Position numbers and translations under genes: made by a program
Shown: piece after piece, positions 49,017 to 56,478 of the stretch
Numbering within the stretch: position 1 is the stretch's first letter
Layout: each line of letters starts with the position of its first letter
Assembly (NCBI GenBank): GCA_041601615.1
Contig: JBFIHX010000005.1
Span: forward strand, 64,001-128,000
Direction of reading: 5' to 3'
Length of the DNA stretch: 64,000 bases
Source: Thermoplasmatota archaeon
Lineage (GTDB): Archaea > Thermoplasmatota > E2 > JACPAO01 > JAHFTW01
The notes under the pieces: generated by a model
What the model was told of the DNA's origin: nothing
What the model saw: only the letters and a program-made list of their open reading frames with translations
Databases searched by the model: none

Positions 49017-49100
49017 AGCCAAGTGGTCGATTCGGTGGAGATGGCGGGATTGGCCAGGAAAGCGGCGCGGTTGCGGCTACTTGGCGTCGTCAAGGGGTAA
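49017..49100 (+). repeat. Synonymously recoded copy of the rtcB C-terminal 27 codons plus stop
   Basis: SQVVDSVEMAGLARKAARLRLLGVVKG* vs gene SQVVDSVEMAGLARKAARLRPLGVVKG* (48853-48936). Confidence 0.95.
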
Positions 49101-49183
49101 AACCCTCCAACCTCCCGGCGCGCCCTCCGATGGATGCACAACCCGCCAGCAACGCTTTTCAAAGCCGACCCCGCCTCGGACGC

Positions 49184-50125
49184 ATGCACGGCCGCGCCCT
49201 GACCCTCACGTTCCTCTTGTTTGCAGTGGCCCTGGCCGGCTGCGCGGAGGGCTCCCCCAAGGAAACCGGGTCCGACGAGAACCTCGAAGGCATCGACGTG
49301 AAGGCCTCCGACACCACGGGCGTCATCCGAGGCATCGTCGTAGATTCCGCCATCGTGCCCGTCGCCAACGCCGTCGTAAGCATCCAGAGCCTCGGCATCA
49401 ATACGACCAGCAACGCCAACGGCGCCTTCGGTTTCCAAGACCTAGCACCGGGCACCTACTTCATCGAGGCACAAAAACCAGGCTTCTCCACTGTCCAAAA
49501 CAGCGTAGAAGTGGTCGCAGGCGTCGACGAGCCGCCCGTGCTCAAGCTCCTCATGACCATCCTGCCCGGCACCGCCCCCTACATCGAGGGCATCTCCATG
49601 GCCGGCTACCTCACCTGTGGAGTCGCCGTGTTTGCCACCAGTGTCGGCTGCACTACCTTCGGCTTCGTCGCAGACGCCATCAACGACCAAAGCATCTTCA
49701 GCGTCGACTACGCGCAGCCGCCCCAGTGGGTCCAAGGCGAACTGGTCTGGGAAGCAACCCAGCCACTTGCCGGCGCCTTCATCTGGGAAATCGTGCGCAG
49801 CGAAGAACCGTCCTCCCCGCAACCACACATCGGCTACCGCGAAACCCAAGGCAGCCCGGCGCTCGCCTACCTCAACGAAACCGTCACCGCCGAGCACGCC
49901 GCTTGGATCGTCGAAAAGGGCCTCGACTTCCGCTTCTTTGGCGGCCCGCACGAATTGTGCCAAATCCCCGTCGCACGTCCCCCCGGCACGCCTGTCGGCT
50001 GGGGCTTCGGCTGCGGCGTGACCCTGGAACAAGAAGCGGAAGTGTTCGTGCACAACTTCTACAACTTCAGCCCTGCCGAGGGCTGGCGCTTCACCAACGA
50101 TGGCGCGCCGGTCCTCCCCAACTAG
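49184..50125 (+). CDS. Lipoprotein with a carboxypeptidase-regulatory-like domain
   Basis: Lipobox ALAGC; GVIRGIVVD..PVANAVV..TSNANGAF.F..LAPGTY. Confidence 0.8.
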   Translation: MHGRALTLTFLLFAVALAGCAEGSPKETGSDENLEGIDVKASDTTGVIRGIVVDSAIVPVANAVVSIQSLGINTTSNANGAFGFQDLAPGTYFIEAQKPGFSTVQNSVEVVAGVDEPPVLKLLMTILPGTAPYIEGISMAGYLTCGVAVFATSVGCTTFGFVADAINDQSIFSVDYAQPPQWVQGELVWEATQPLAGAFIWEIVRSEEPSSPQPHIGYRETQGSPALAYLNETVTAEHAAWIVEKGLDFRFFGGPHELCQIPVARPPGTPVGWGFGCGVTLEQEAEVFVHNFYNFSPAEGWRFTNDGAPVLPN

Positions 50126-50137
50126 AGCCGCCGGGCC

Positions 50138-51109
50138 CTAGACGGTCAGCGCCGAAAACTGCAACTCGTCGAATGCAGAAAGCTCCGCGTCGCCGCCTAG
50201 GTACTCCGCTTCCAGGTCCTTGATGCGGCCATACACCGACTCGTTGCGGGGCATGTGGCCAAGCAACTGCTCGCACAAGCGCACCATGCGCCCGGTGATT
50301 TGCTCAATCTCGGTCACGCGCCGCGCCGTCACGTCCTGCAACATACTGCATCGGTTCTCGGCGGTGTCGCGGCACACTTGTTGAGTGATCTCCACGAGGT
50401 CCCCAGGTGGCAAATCTACGCGAGCCAAACGGGCCAATTCCATGGCTTCTCGAACGAGGCCCGCCGAGAGGTTGCGAAGGTCATCGCGCACAACGACCTC
50501 GCCGTTCCGGACACCGTACAGAGCACCCACCGGGTTGAGGCCCGCATTGACGATCGCCTTTTGCCACACATGGCCGCGGGTTTCCGAGCACCACACCGGC
50601 GCCAAATCCGCGTCCGCAAGCAACGACGCAGCAACCCGTGCGCCCCCGTCTGCCTCCGGCTGCAACGGCACCGGCCCAACTTTGGTCGCACCAAGGCCCG
50701 CATGAACCACCTCGCCAGGAGCGGGAACATGCACGCCATGGCTCGTCAAACACACCGCGACCCGATCGGCAGGCAGCAGTGCGGCCAATTTTTCGCCATT
50801 GCCCAAGCCATTTTGCAAGCTCGCAAGCACCCCACCCTCGGCAACAAGCGGCGCCACGGCAGCACCTAGGCTCGCCGTCTGGTGGGCTTTGCACGTCAAC
50901 CACACAGCGTCGAAGCGCTCAGAAGGAACCTCGGTCACCACGCGAATCGGCCCCGAAAACTCCGTGTGGCCCGTCAATTGCAAACCTCGGGCGGCGACCG
51001 CTTCTGCCAGCCGTGGCCGACCAAGCAGCGTCACATCGTGGCCAGCAAGCTGAAGCCTCGCGCCCAGCATCGAGCCGATGGCGCCGGCACCGGCCACCAG
51101 CACACGCAT
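50138..51109 (-). CDS. panE: 2-dehydropantoate 2-reductase
   Basis: VAGAGAIG, CKAH, LQNGLG, WQKAIVN, NRCSMLQD, TEIE. Confidence 0.93.
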   Translation of the reverse strand: MRVLVAGAGAIGSMLGARLQLAGHDVTLLGRPRLAEAVAARGLQLTGHTEFSGPIRVVTEVPSERFDAVWLTCKAHQTASLGAAVAPLVAEGGVLASLQNGLGNGEKLAALLPADRVAVCLTSHGVHVPAPGEVVHAGLGATKVGPVPLQPEADGGARVAASLLADADLAPVWCSETRGHVWQKAIVNAGLNPVGALYGVRNGEVVVRDDLRNLSAGLVREAMELARLARVDLPPGDLVEITQQVCRDTAENRCSMLQDVTARRVTEIEQITGRMVRLCEQLLGHMPRNESVYGRIKDLEAEYLGGDAELSAFDELQFSALTV

Positions 51110-52182
51110 CAGTACGTCACCGTGCGGCGCATGGAAAGGATGCTCTCCAGCGTTTCCGATGCATCGGCATCCAGAATCGAATCCGCGTCTTCGTCGGGAA
51201 GCCCAATCAGTGTTGCGATGCGCTCCACTTCCGCAGGATCGAGCCCGCACACGGGCCGAAGCACCGGCAGGTCTGGTCGGTGGCTAATGTCCGAAAGCAG
51301 CGTGTCTCCCGTCACCACAACGTCCGAACCGGTCTCGCGAGCAACTTCCGCCGCCGCATCCATCAGAACCGACTTCGAAACAGAGCCAGAACAAGCGGGG
51401 AGCACCTCCACGTCATGCGTCATGCCCCACGCATGCATCGGTTCCAGCAAATCCACAGGCGCGCTTCCCTGGTCGCCCACGTGCAAAAGTATCACCGAAG
51501 CGCCGCGTCGCATCACAAGCCACGCAGCCACGAGGCTGGCACGATCCGAAACCAGCACCACCGCCTTGCCCTGCGCGCCCATGGGCAATCCACCCGGGCC
51601 CGGCCGCTTTTCGGTGTACACGTACGCCGTTTGACTGCGTGCCTCCACATGCAACCACAAATCGGGCGCCGTCAAGTCCACCTTTGGAGTGCGACCCGCA
51701 GCGGCAGCCGCCTCATACACCGCCGAGCCAATGGTGCGCCCCATGTCCGCGCTCTTGTACGGGTGATTGCCGTCGCGCCGCGCCTTAATCCCAAAGGAAG
51801 TCCACGGGTACTGAAGCGCCACCTCGGCCGCAACGGAGCACATGGACTCCATATCCGAAGCCGACGTGCGGCAAGGACTGGCAGAAACCACGCCAAACGT
51901 CCGACACGCCGCATCGCACAGCGCATCCACATCGGAGCCCACCATCCACACACGGGAGCCACGCGACACCACGTCGCCCTCCAAACCCTCCCGGATCAGA
52001 GATTCGAACAAGTTCTCTCGAAGGCGCCGCACCATTTGCCGCCGCACCGGCTCGCTCTTGATGCCAAGTTCGCCAAAGCGCACCAGTACGCCGTCCCAGG
52101 CCACGGACGCGCCGAGACGCCGACCCGTCAAAAGGGCGCCCACGGGGGCGATTGCCTCGTCAAGGTCAAATGGGGGATGCAT
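51109..52182 (-). CDS. ThiI-like THUMP protein with a degenerate PP-loop
   Basis: VRFGELGIKS, THUMP domain, KVDLTAPD, GPGGLPMGAQGK; VSDRAS in place of SGGxDS. Confidence 0.8.
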   Translation of the reverse strand: MHPPFDLDEAIAPVGALLTGRRLGASVAWDGVLVRFGELGIKSEPVRRQMVRRLRENLFESLIREGLEGDVVSRGSRVWMVGSDVDALCDAACRTFGVVSASPCRTSASDMESMCSVAAEVALQYPWTSFGIKARRDGNHPYKSADMGRTIGSAVYEAAAAAGRTPKVDLTAPDLWLHVEARSQTAYVYTEKRPGPGGLPMGAQGKAVVLVSDRASLVAAWLVMRRGASVILLHVGDQGSAPVDLLEPMHAWGMTHDVEVLPACSGSVSKSVLMDAAAEVARETGSDVVVTGDTLLSDISHRPDLPVLRPVCGLDPAEVERIATLIGLPDEDADSILDADASETLESILSMRRTVTY

Positions 52183-52267
52183 GTGGCGAGGGTTGCGCTC
52201 CCTTACAGCGTCAGAATCATACCGTCGGCCTCCGCGCCTTCGGTCCCTCTGCATTCGCAAACCCAAC

Positions 52268-52511
52268 GCATGCGGCTTACCCAAGCCAAGGGGCGCTGCC
52301 CCTTGGAAACCCCGGGGCCGGCTTTCAGCCGACCAAAAAGGGATTGAGGTTCAAATCCTCCCGCATGCAACAGCAATCGCAAACCCACCGCATGCGGCTT
52401 ACCCAAGCCAAGGGGCGCTGCCCCTTGGAAACCCCGGGGCCGGCTTTCAGCCGACCAAAAAGGGATTGAGGTTCAAATCCTCCCGCATGCAACAGCAATC
52501 GCAAACCCACC
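52268..52511 (+). repeat. Two 122-bp tandem tRNA-like units upstream of tRNA-Leu
   Basis: GCATGCG starts at 52268, 52390 and 52512; each unit has an acceptor stem and GAGG-TTCAAAT-CCTC T-arm. Confidence 0.9.
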
Positions 52512-52593
52512 GCATGCGTACCCAAGTGGCCAACGGGGCGAGACTCAAGATCTCCTGCTTAGTGCTTCACAGGTTCGAATCCTGTCGCATGCA
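52512..52593 (+). tRNA. tRNA-Leu(CAA)
   Basis: Acceptor GCATGCG/CGCATGC plus A; D-arm CCCAAGTGGCCAACGGG; anticodon loop CTCAAGA; long variable arm; ACAGG-TTCGAAT-CCTGT; CCA not encoded. Confidence 0.92.
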
Positions 52594-52804
52594 CTCCTTC
52601 TCATTCCATTCGAAGTCGTACATACGACAGATGCAGGCGCGTCGCGGGCTCCGCGCCTGATCCTATCGCATGCATTCTCAATCGCTGCGCTCTTTCGAAT
52701 GCACACGACAGGAGCGCAGGAGTCGCAAGCGACTCCCGCTATCCTATCGGATGCACTCCTTCTCATTCCATTCGAAGTCGTACATACGACAGATGCAGGC
52801 GCGG
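52579..52804 (+). repeat. 81-bp tandem repeats starting with the tRNA 3' end
   Basis: atcct(g/a)tcg(c/g)atgca at 52579, 52660 and 52741; units 1 and 3 are near-identical. Confidence 0.88.
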
Positions 52805-52854
52805 CACCTTGGTGCCATCGGCCCCGATGTTGGCGTCCCAGTTCCTCCCGCTAG

Positions 52855-53058
52855 CTACGGCGCGTCGCTTTGGTGCCTCGATTGCCGTGCCCGCGTCGAC
52901 CGCCTATTCTCGGCCACGTCCCAGTAATGCAAAATCAAGCTGGTCAACCCGAAACTTGCCAGTGCCACTCCAAGAAACGGCGCCACGAGCCGCAACACGA
53001 GGGCGCCAAACAAGGCGACGGCCAGGAGTACGAGCGGTTGCCAGGGGGTGCCGTGCAT
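52855..53058 (-). CDS. Possible small membrane protein
   Basis: 67 aa with two hydrophobic stretches; could be spurious. Confidence 0.3.
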   Translation of the reverse strand: MHGTPWQPLVLLAVALFGALVLRLVAPFLGVALASFGLTSLILHYWDVAENRRSTRARQSRHQSDAP

Positions 53059-53291
53059 GTCGGGGACCTAGGATTTGCGGCGGCATGGTGGCTCTGGAAA
53101 ATGGTTGGAATTTGATTGCCGGGGGTCTGCACGTTAGCCAGTATGCAAAAATAATATGTCGCGTGCAAGGACAAATGAATTAGGACGAGCATATATCTAT
53201 TATATTTCATTTATGTGCATAATATTTTACTATTAGAAAACACCAACGGCTGTGCTACGATGCTTAAAAGCGGGTCGAACTTAGAAAATAT

Positions 53292-53531
53292 GTGGCCATA
53301 GGCGAATCAATCGCAATTGCACTGGCAGCAATCACACTCACCTCCGCTATCATCTTTTTTGCTTGGAACGTCGTAAAAAAAGATATTGAACGGCTTGAGA
53401 AATCTCATGGCGAGATTGAAAAAAGACTTCGTGCCGTTGAACACCAAATGGTGTTCGTGGGGCCCCTCATCGAAGTGCTCAAATCTGCCGGCGAGGAGAA
53501 GGTTAAGCGGATGATGGAGGTACCCGAATGA
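53292..53531 (+). CDS. Small protein, N-terminal TM plus coiled coil
   Basis: IAIALAAITLTSAIIFFAW then a heptad-like DIERLEKSHGEIEKRL; AT-rich upstream region. Confidence 0.6.
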   Translation: MAIGESIAIALAAITLTSAIIFFAWNVVKKDIERLEKSHGEIEKRLRAVEHQMVFVGPLIEVLKSAGEEKVKRMMEVPE

Positions 53532-53740
53532 TGTTGAACTCGTCCGAGCGTCAGCGGCTGGCACAACTGGCCTACGCTGGGCGCACGGGCACGCTTACCT
53601 CTGGACAGGAAGCGGAGATGCGTCGCCTGCTTGCTCGGGAACGCGGGGAGGTCGGCGACCTTTCGGTGGGCGAGTTGATTGGCTTGGCGTTGGTCGTCAT
53701 TGGCGCTGCCGCCCTCATTGGAATGTTGGCTTCTAGGTAG
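53528..53740 (+). CDS. Small protein with a C-terminal TM
   Basis: ATGA overlap with the previous gene; LIGLALVVIGAAALIGML. Confidence 0.55.
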   Translation: MMLNSSERQRLAQLAYAGRTGTLTSGQEAEMRRLLARERGEVGDLSVGELIGLALVVIGAAALIGMLASR

Positions 53741-53788
53741 CTCGCCCCCGCCGGCAACCCCAAACCATCCCATCCCCCATCCCGTGTT

Positions 53789-54391
53789 GTGAGCCTGTTG
53801 GAGGATCGCATGCGTGACCCGGTGCATCAGGGCGCCTTGCCGGATGCAGACGCCGTTGGAGCCGTTGGGAATCCGGCTTGCGGTGACGTCATTACGTTGT
53901 ATTTGCGCATCCGGGACGGCGCGGTGGCGCAGGCCGGCTTCGAGTCGGTGGGCAGTGTCTACCAGTTGGCGACGGCGAGTGTCCTCTGCGATTGCGTGCT
54001 TGGGCAGGATCTATCGGGGGCGCGCCTTCGGTCGCCGACGTGTGTTTTGGAGCGGTTGCCGGACTTGCCGCAGCGTCACCGCTATCTTGCACGGCTTGCC
54101 ATTGAGGCGTTGCAGCGGGCGTTGGACCAGTTTGAGCGGGGCGGTGCCCCATCGGAGGAGGGCGCTGCGTGCTTGGCGGAGCCGGAGGCGCGTGCTTTGG
54201 TGTTGGGCTTGTTTGCCGACGGTCGCAAGTGGTCGACGCGGGAGGTGGAGGCGCGGGTGCAGGCGGAAGGGTATCATTTGCCCGAGGTGCCGGTTCGGTT
54301 TTTGAGCCGTCTTCGGCGCGAGGGTGCCATTGGAGGGGCGATGAATATGGATCATCGTGCGTGGCAGTGGTGGTCGCTGCCGGCGGCCTAG
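53789..54391 (+). CDS. NifU/IscU-like protein with a C-terminal HTH-like domain
   Basis: DPVHQGAL..VGNPACGDVITLYL..AGFESVGS. Confidence 0.8.
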   Translation: MSLLEDRMRDPVHQGALPDADAVGAVGNPACGDVITLYLRIRDGAVAQAGFESVGSVYQLATASVLCDCVLGQDLSGARLRSPTCVLERLPDLPQRHRYLARLAIEALQRALDQFERGGAPSEEGAACLAEPEARALVLGLFADGRKWSTREVEARVQAEGYHLPEVPVRFLSRLRREGAIGGAMNMDHRAWQWWSLPAA

Positions 54392-54948
54392 TGCATTGGG
54401 TCGGTCAAGTCGCCAAGCGCGCCGAAGGTCTTTGGAAGCCGTGCGATGAGCAGCCAGAGCACCAGGAACGAGGCCAGGAGCAGGGCGCCGAAGAGGAATC
54501 CGGGCCACGCCACGCTGAGGATGAGGGGGCCGCGAACGTAGCTGACCATTTTCTCTTCGAGGAGGGCGTTTTGCAAAAACAGGAGGGTGTTGAGCAGAAA
54601 CAGCAGAAACAGCCAGGTCTCGGCTTCGGGGTAAAATTGCGTGGCGCCCCAGACGACGACGGCGATGCCGAGGGTGTCGAAGGTGCTGTCGAGGACGGCG
54701 CCCTTGCGGCTCTGGAGGTTGCCGGTGCGTGCGAGTATGCCGTCGCCGCCGTCGAGGACCATGATGAAGAGAATGAGGCCGACGAATACCCAGTTCCAGC
54801 CTTGTGTGGCGGCGTAGACTTCAGCCAAGAAGACGGGAACTTGCGCGAAGGTGAGGTGGTTCGGGTGGACGCCATGGGCCAGCGCCCAGCGTGCGAGTCG
54901 TTCGAACGGAGCGTCGAAGGTCCCCTGCTTGGCCTTATGGACACCCAC
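54388..54948 (-). CDS. CDP-alcohol phosphatidyltransferase
   Basis: HPNHLT, DGGDGILAR..G..LDSTFD. Confidence 0.9.
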   Translation of the reverse strand: MGVHKAKQGTFDAPFERLARWALAHGVHPNHLTFAQVPVFLAEVYAATQGWNWVFVGLILFIMVLDGGDGILARTGNLQSRKGAVLDSTFDTLGIAVVVWGATQFYPEAETWLFLLFLLNTLLFLQNALLEEKMVSYVRGPLILSVAWPGFLFGALLLASFLVLWLLIARLPKTFGALGDLTDPMH

Positions 54949-54972
54949 GGGGGACGATTCTCCCTGGCGGCT

Positions 54973-56439
54973 TTACGCCTTTTCCACGCGGGGGCCTTGC
55001 GGAGTGTCTTGGATGACGAATCCAGCGGCGAGGATTTCATCGCGGATGCGGTCGGCGGCGGCCCAGTCACGAGCGGCGCGGGCCGCTTCGCGTTGTTGCA
55101 GCAAGTCGCCAAAGTCGGGCACTTGGGCGAGGGCTTGGACAGGTTCTTGAAACAGCGTCAAGACGCCTGCGCAGGATTCGAATGCAGTCAGCGCGGCTTT
55201 GGTGGCGGTGCTTCCGGGGGCACCCGTGTCGAGGATTTTGTTGGTGGCGCGCACGAAGTCGAAGAGGGCTGCGATGCCACCCGGGCTGTGGAAGTCGTCG
55301 TCCATGGCGGCGGCGAACTTGTCCAGGAGCGCGGCGGTGGCGGCGGCGAGTTCGGTGTTGCTCTCCGGGTCGCCCTCGGTGTCGCTTCCGGCGGCTTCGT
55401 GCAGGATGTGGCGCGTTCGCTGCAACCGTTCGACGGCGGTCGCGGCTTCGTCGAGTCCTTTGCGGCTGAAGTCGATCTTGGAACGGTAGTGGGTCTGGGC
55501 GAAGTAGAACCGCAGGACTTCCGGGTCTCGGCCGGCGGCTTCCAGTTCGTCGAGCATGTCTACCAGGGTGAGGAAGTTGCCGAGGCTCTTGCTCATCTTG
55601 GTGCCTTCGACGTTGAGGAACCCGGCGTGCATCCAGTAGTTGACGAACGGCGCGGTGCCGGTTTTGGCCTGGCTCTGGGCAATTTCGTTCTCGTGGTGCG
55701 GGAAGATCAGATCTTGGCCGCCGCCGTGGATGTCGATGGTGTCGCCGAGGCTCCGAGTACTCATGAGGCTGCATTCGATGTGCCAACCGGGGCGGCCCCA
55801 GCTCCATGGGCTCTCCCATGCGGCGTCGAGGTGCGCGTCGGTTTCCACGGTCTTCCACAGCGCAAAGTCGGCGGGGTGCTGTTTGTCGGACTCCACGTTT
55901 TTGCGGGTGCCGGCGGCCATTTGTCGGTAGTCGCGGCGCGACAACCGTCCGTACGCTTCGCCGGGCCAGGTCGCTTCGGCGTGTGCGTGGTACTTCGGGA
56001 CGTCGAAGTAGACGTTGCCCATGTCTGTGGCGTAGGCGAATCCGTTCTCGATGATGCCTTGGATGAAGCCGATGATGTCTTCGATGCTGTCCGTGACATG
56101 CGGCATTTCGTCGGGGGCACGCACGCCGAGCCGAGCACTTGCTTCCTGGCAGTTCTTGTCCCATAGTGCCGCGTGTTCTCGGGGGGAGACGCGAAGTTCA
56201 GAGGCGCGCTTGATGATTTTGTCGTCCACATCTGTAACATTTTGCACGAAGCGCACGGAGGCGTATCGGTGCTCCAGCCAGCGGCGCACGATCTCGAACG
56301 CCACGGCGGTGCGGGCGTGGCCGATGTGCATGTGGTCGTACACCGTCAATCCGCAGACGTAGACGCCAACGTGGTCGGGCTTGATGGGCTCGAACGGCTC
56401 CTTCTCGCGGCTGCGGACGTTATAGACGGTGAGGGACAC
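54973..56439 (-). CDS. cysS: Cysteinyl-tRNA synthetase
   Basis: YVCGLTVYD, HIGH, GRPGWHIECS, FPHHENE, KMSKS; GTG start at 56439. Confidence 0.97.
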   Translation of the reverse strand: MSLTVYNVRSREKEPFEPIKPDHVGVYVCGLTVYDHMHIGHARTAVAFEIVRRWLEHRYASVRFVQNVTDVDDKIIKRASELRVSPREHAALWDKNCQEASARLGVRAPDEMPHVTDSIEDIIGFIQGIIENGFAYATDMGNVYFDVPKYHAHAEATWPGEAYGRLSRRDYRQMAAGTRKNVESDKQHPADFALWKTVETDAHLDAAWESPWSWGRPGWHIECSLMSTRSLGDTIDIHGGGQDLIFPHHENEIAQSQAKTGTAPFVNYWMHAGFLNVEGTKMSKSLGNFLTLVDMLDELEAAGRDPEVLRFYFAQTHYRSKIDFSRKGLDEAATAVERLQRTRHILHEAAGSDTEGDPESNTELAAATAALLDKFAAAMDDDFHSPGGIAALFDFVRATNKILDTGAPGSTATKAALTAFESCAGVLTLFQEPVQALAQVPDFGDLLQQREAARAARDWAAADRIRDEILAAGFVIQDTPQGPRVEKA

Positions 56440-56478
56440 GGGCGAGGCACTGGTGGGTCGAACTTGAAGGGTCCGCCC

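Noticed and set aside
48853-49100. Diversity-generating retroelement VR/TR pairs (also considered for aspS)
   Set aside because: Differences are synonymous and involve all bases rather than adenines only, and there is no reverse transcriptase in the window.
52268-52491. Intron-containing or additional decoding tRNA genes
   Set aside because: No complete D-arm, anticodon loop or clear bulge-helix-bulge; recorded as tRNA-like repeats instead.
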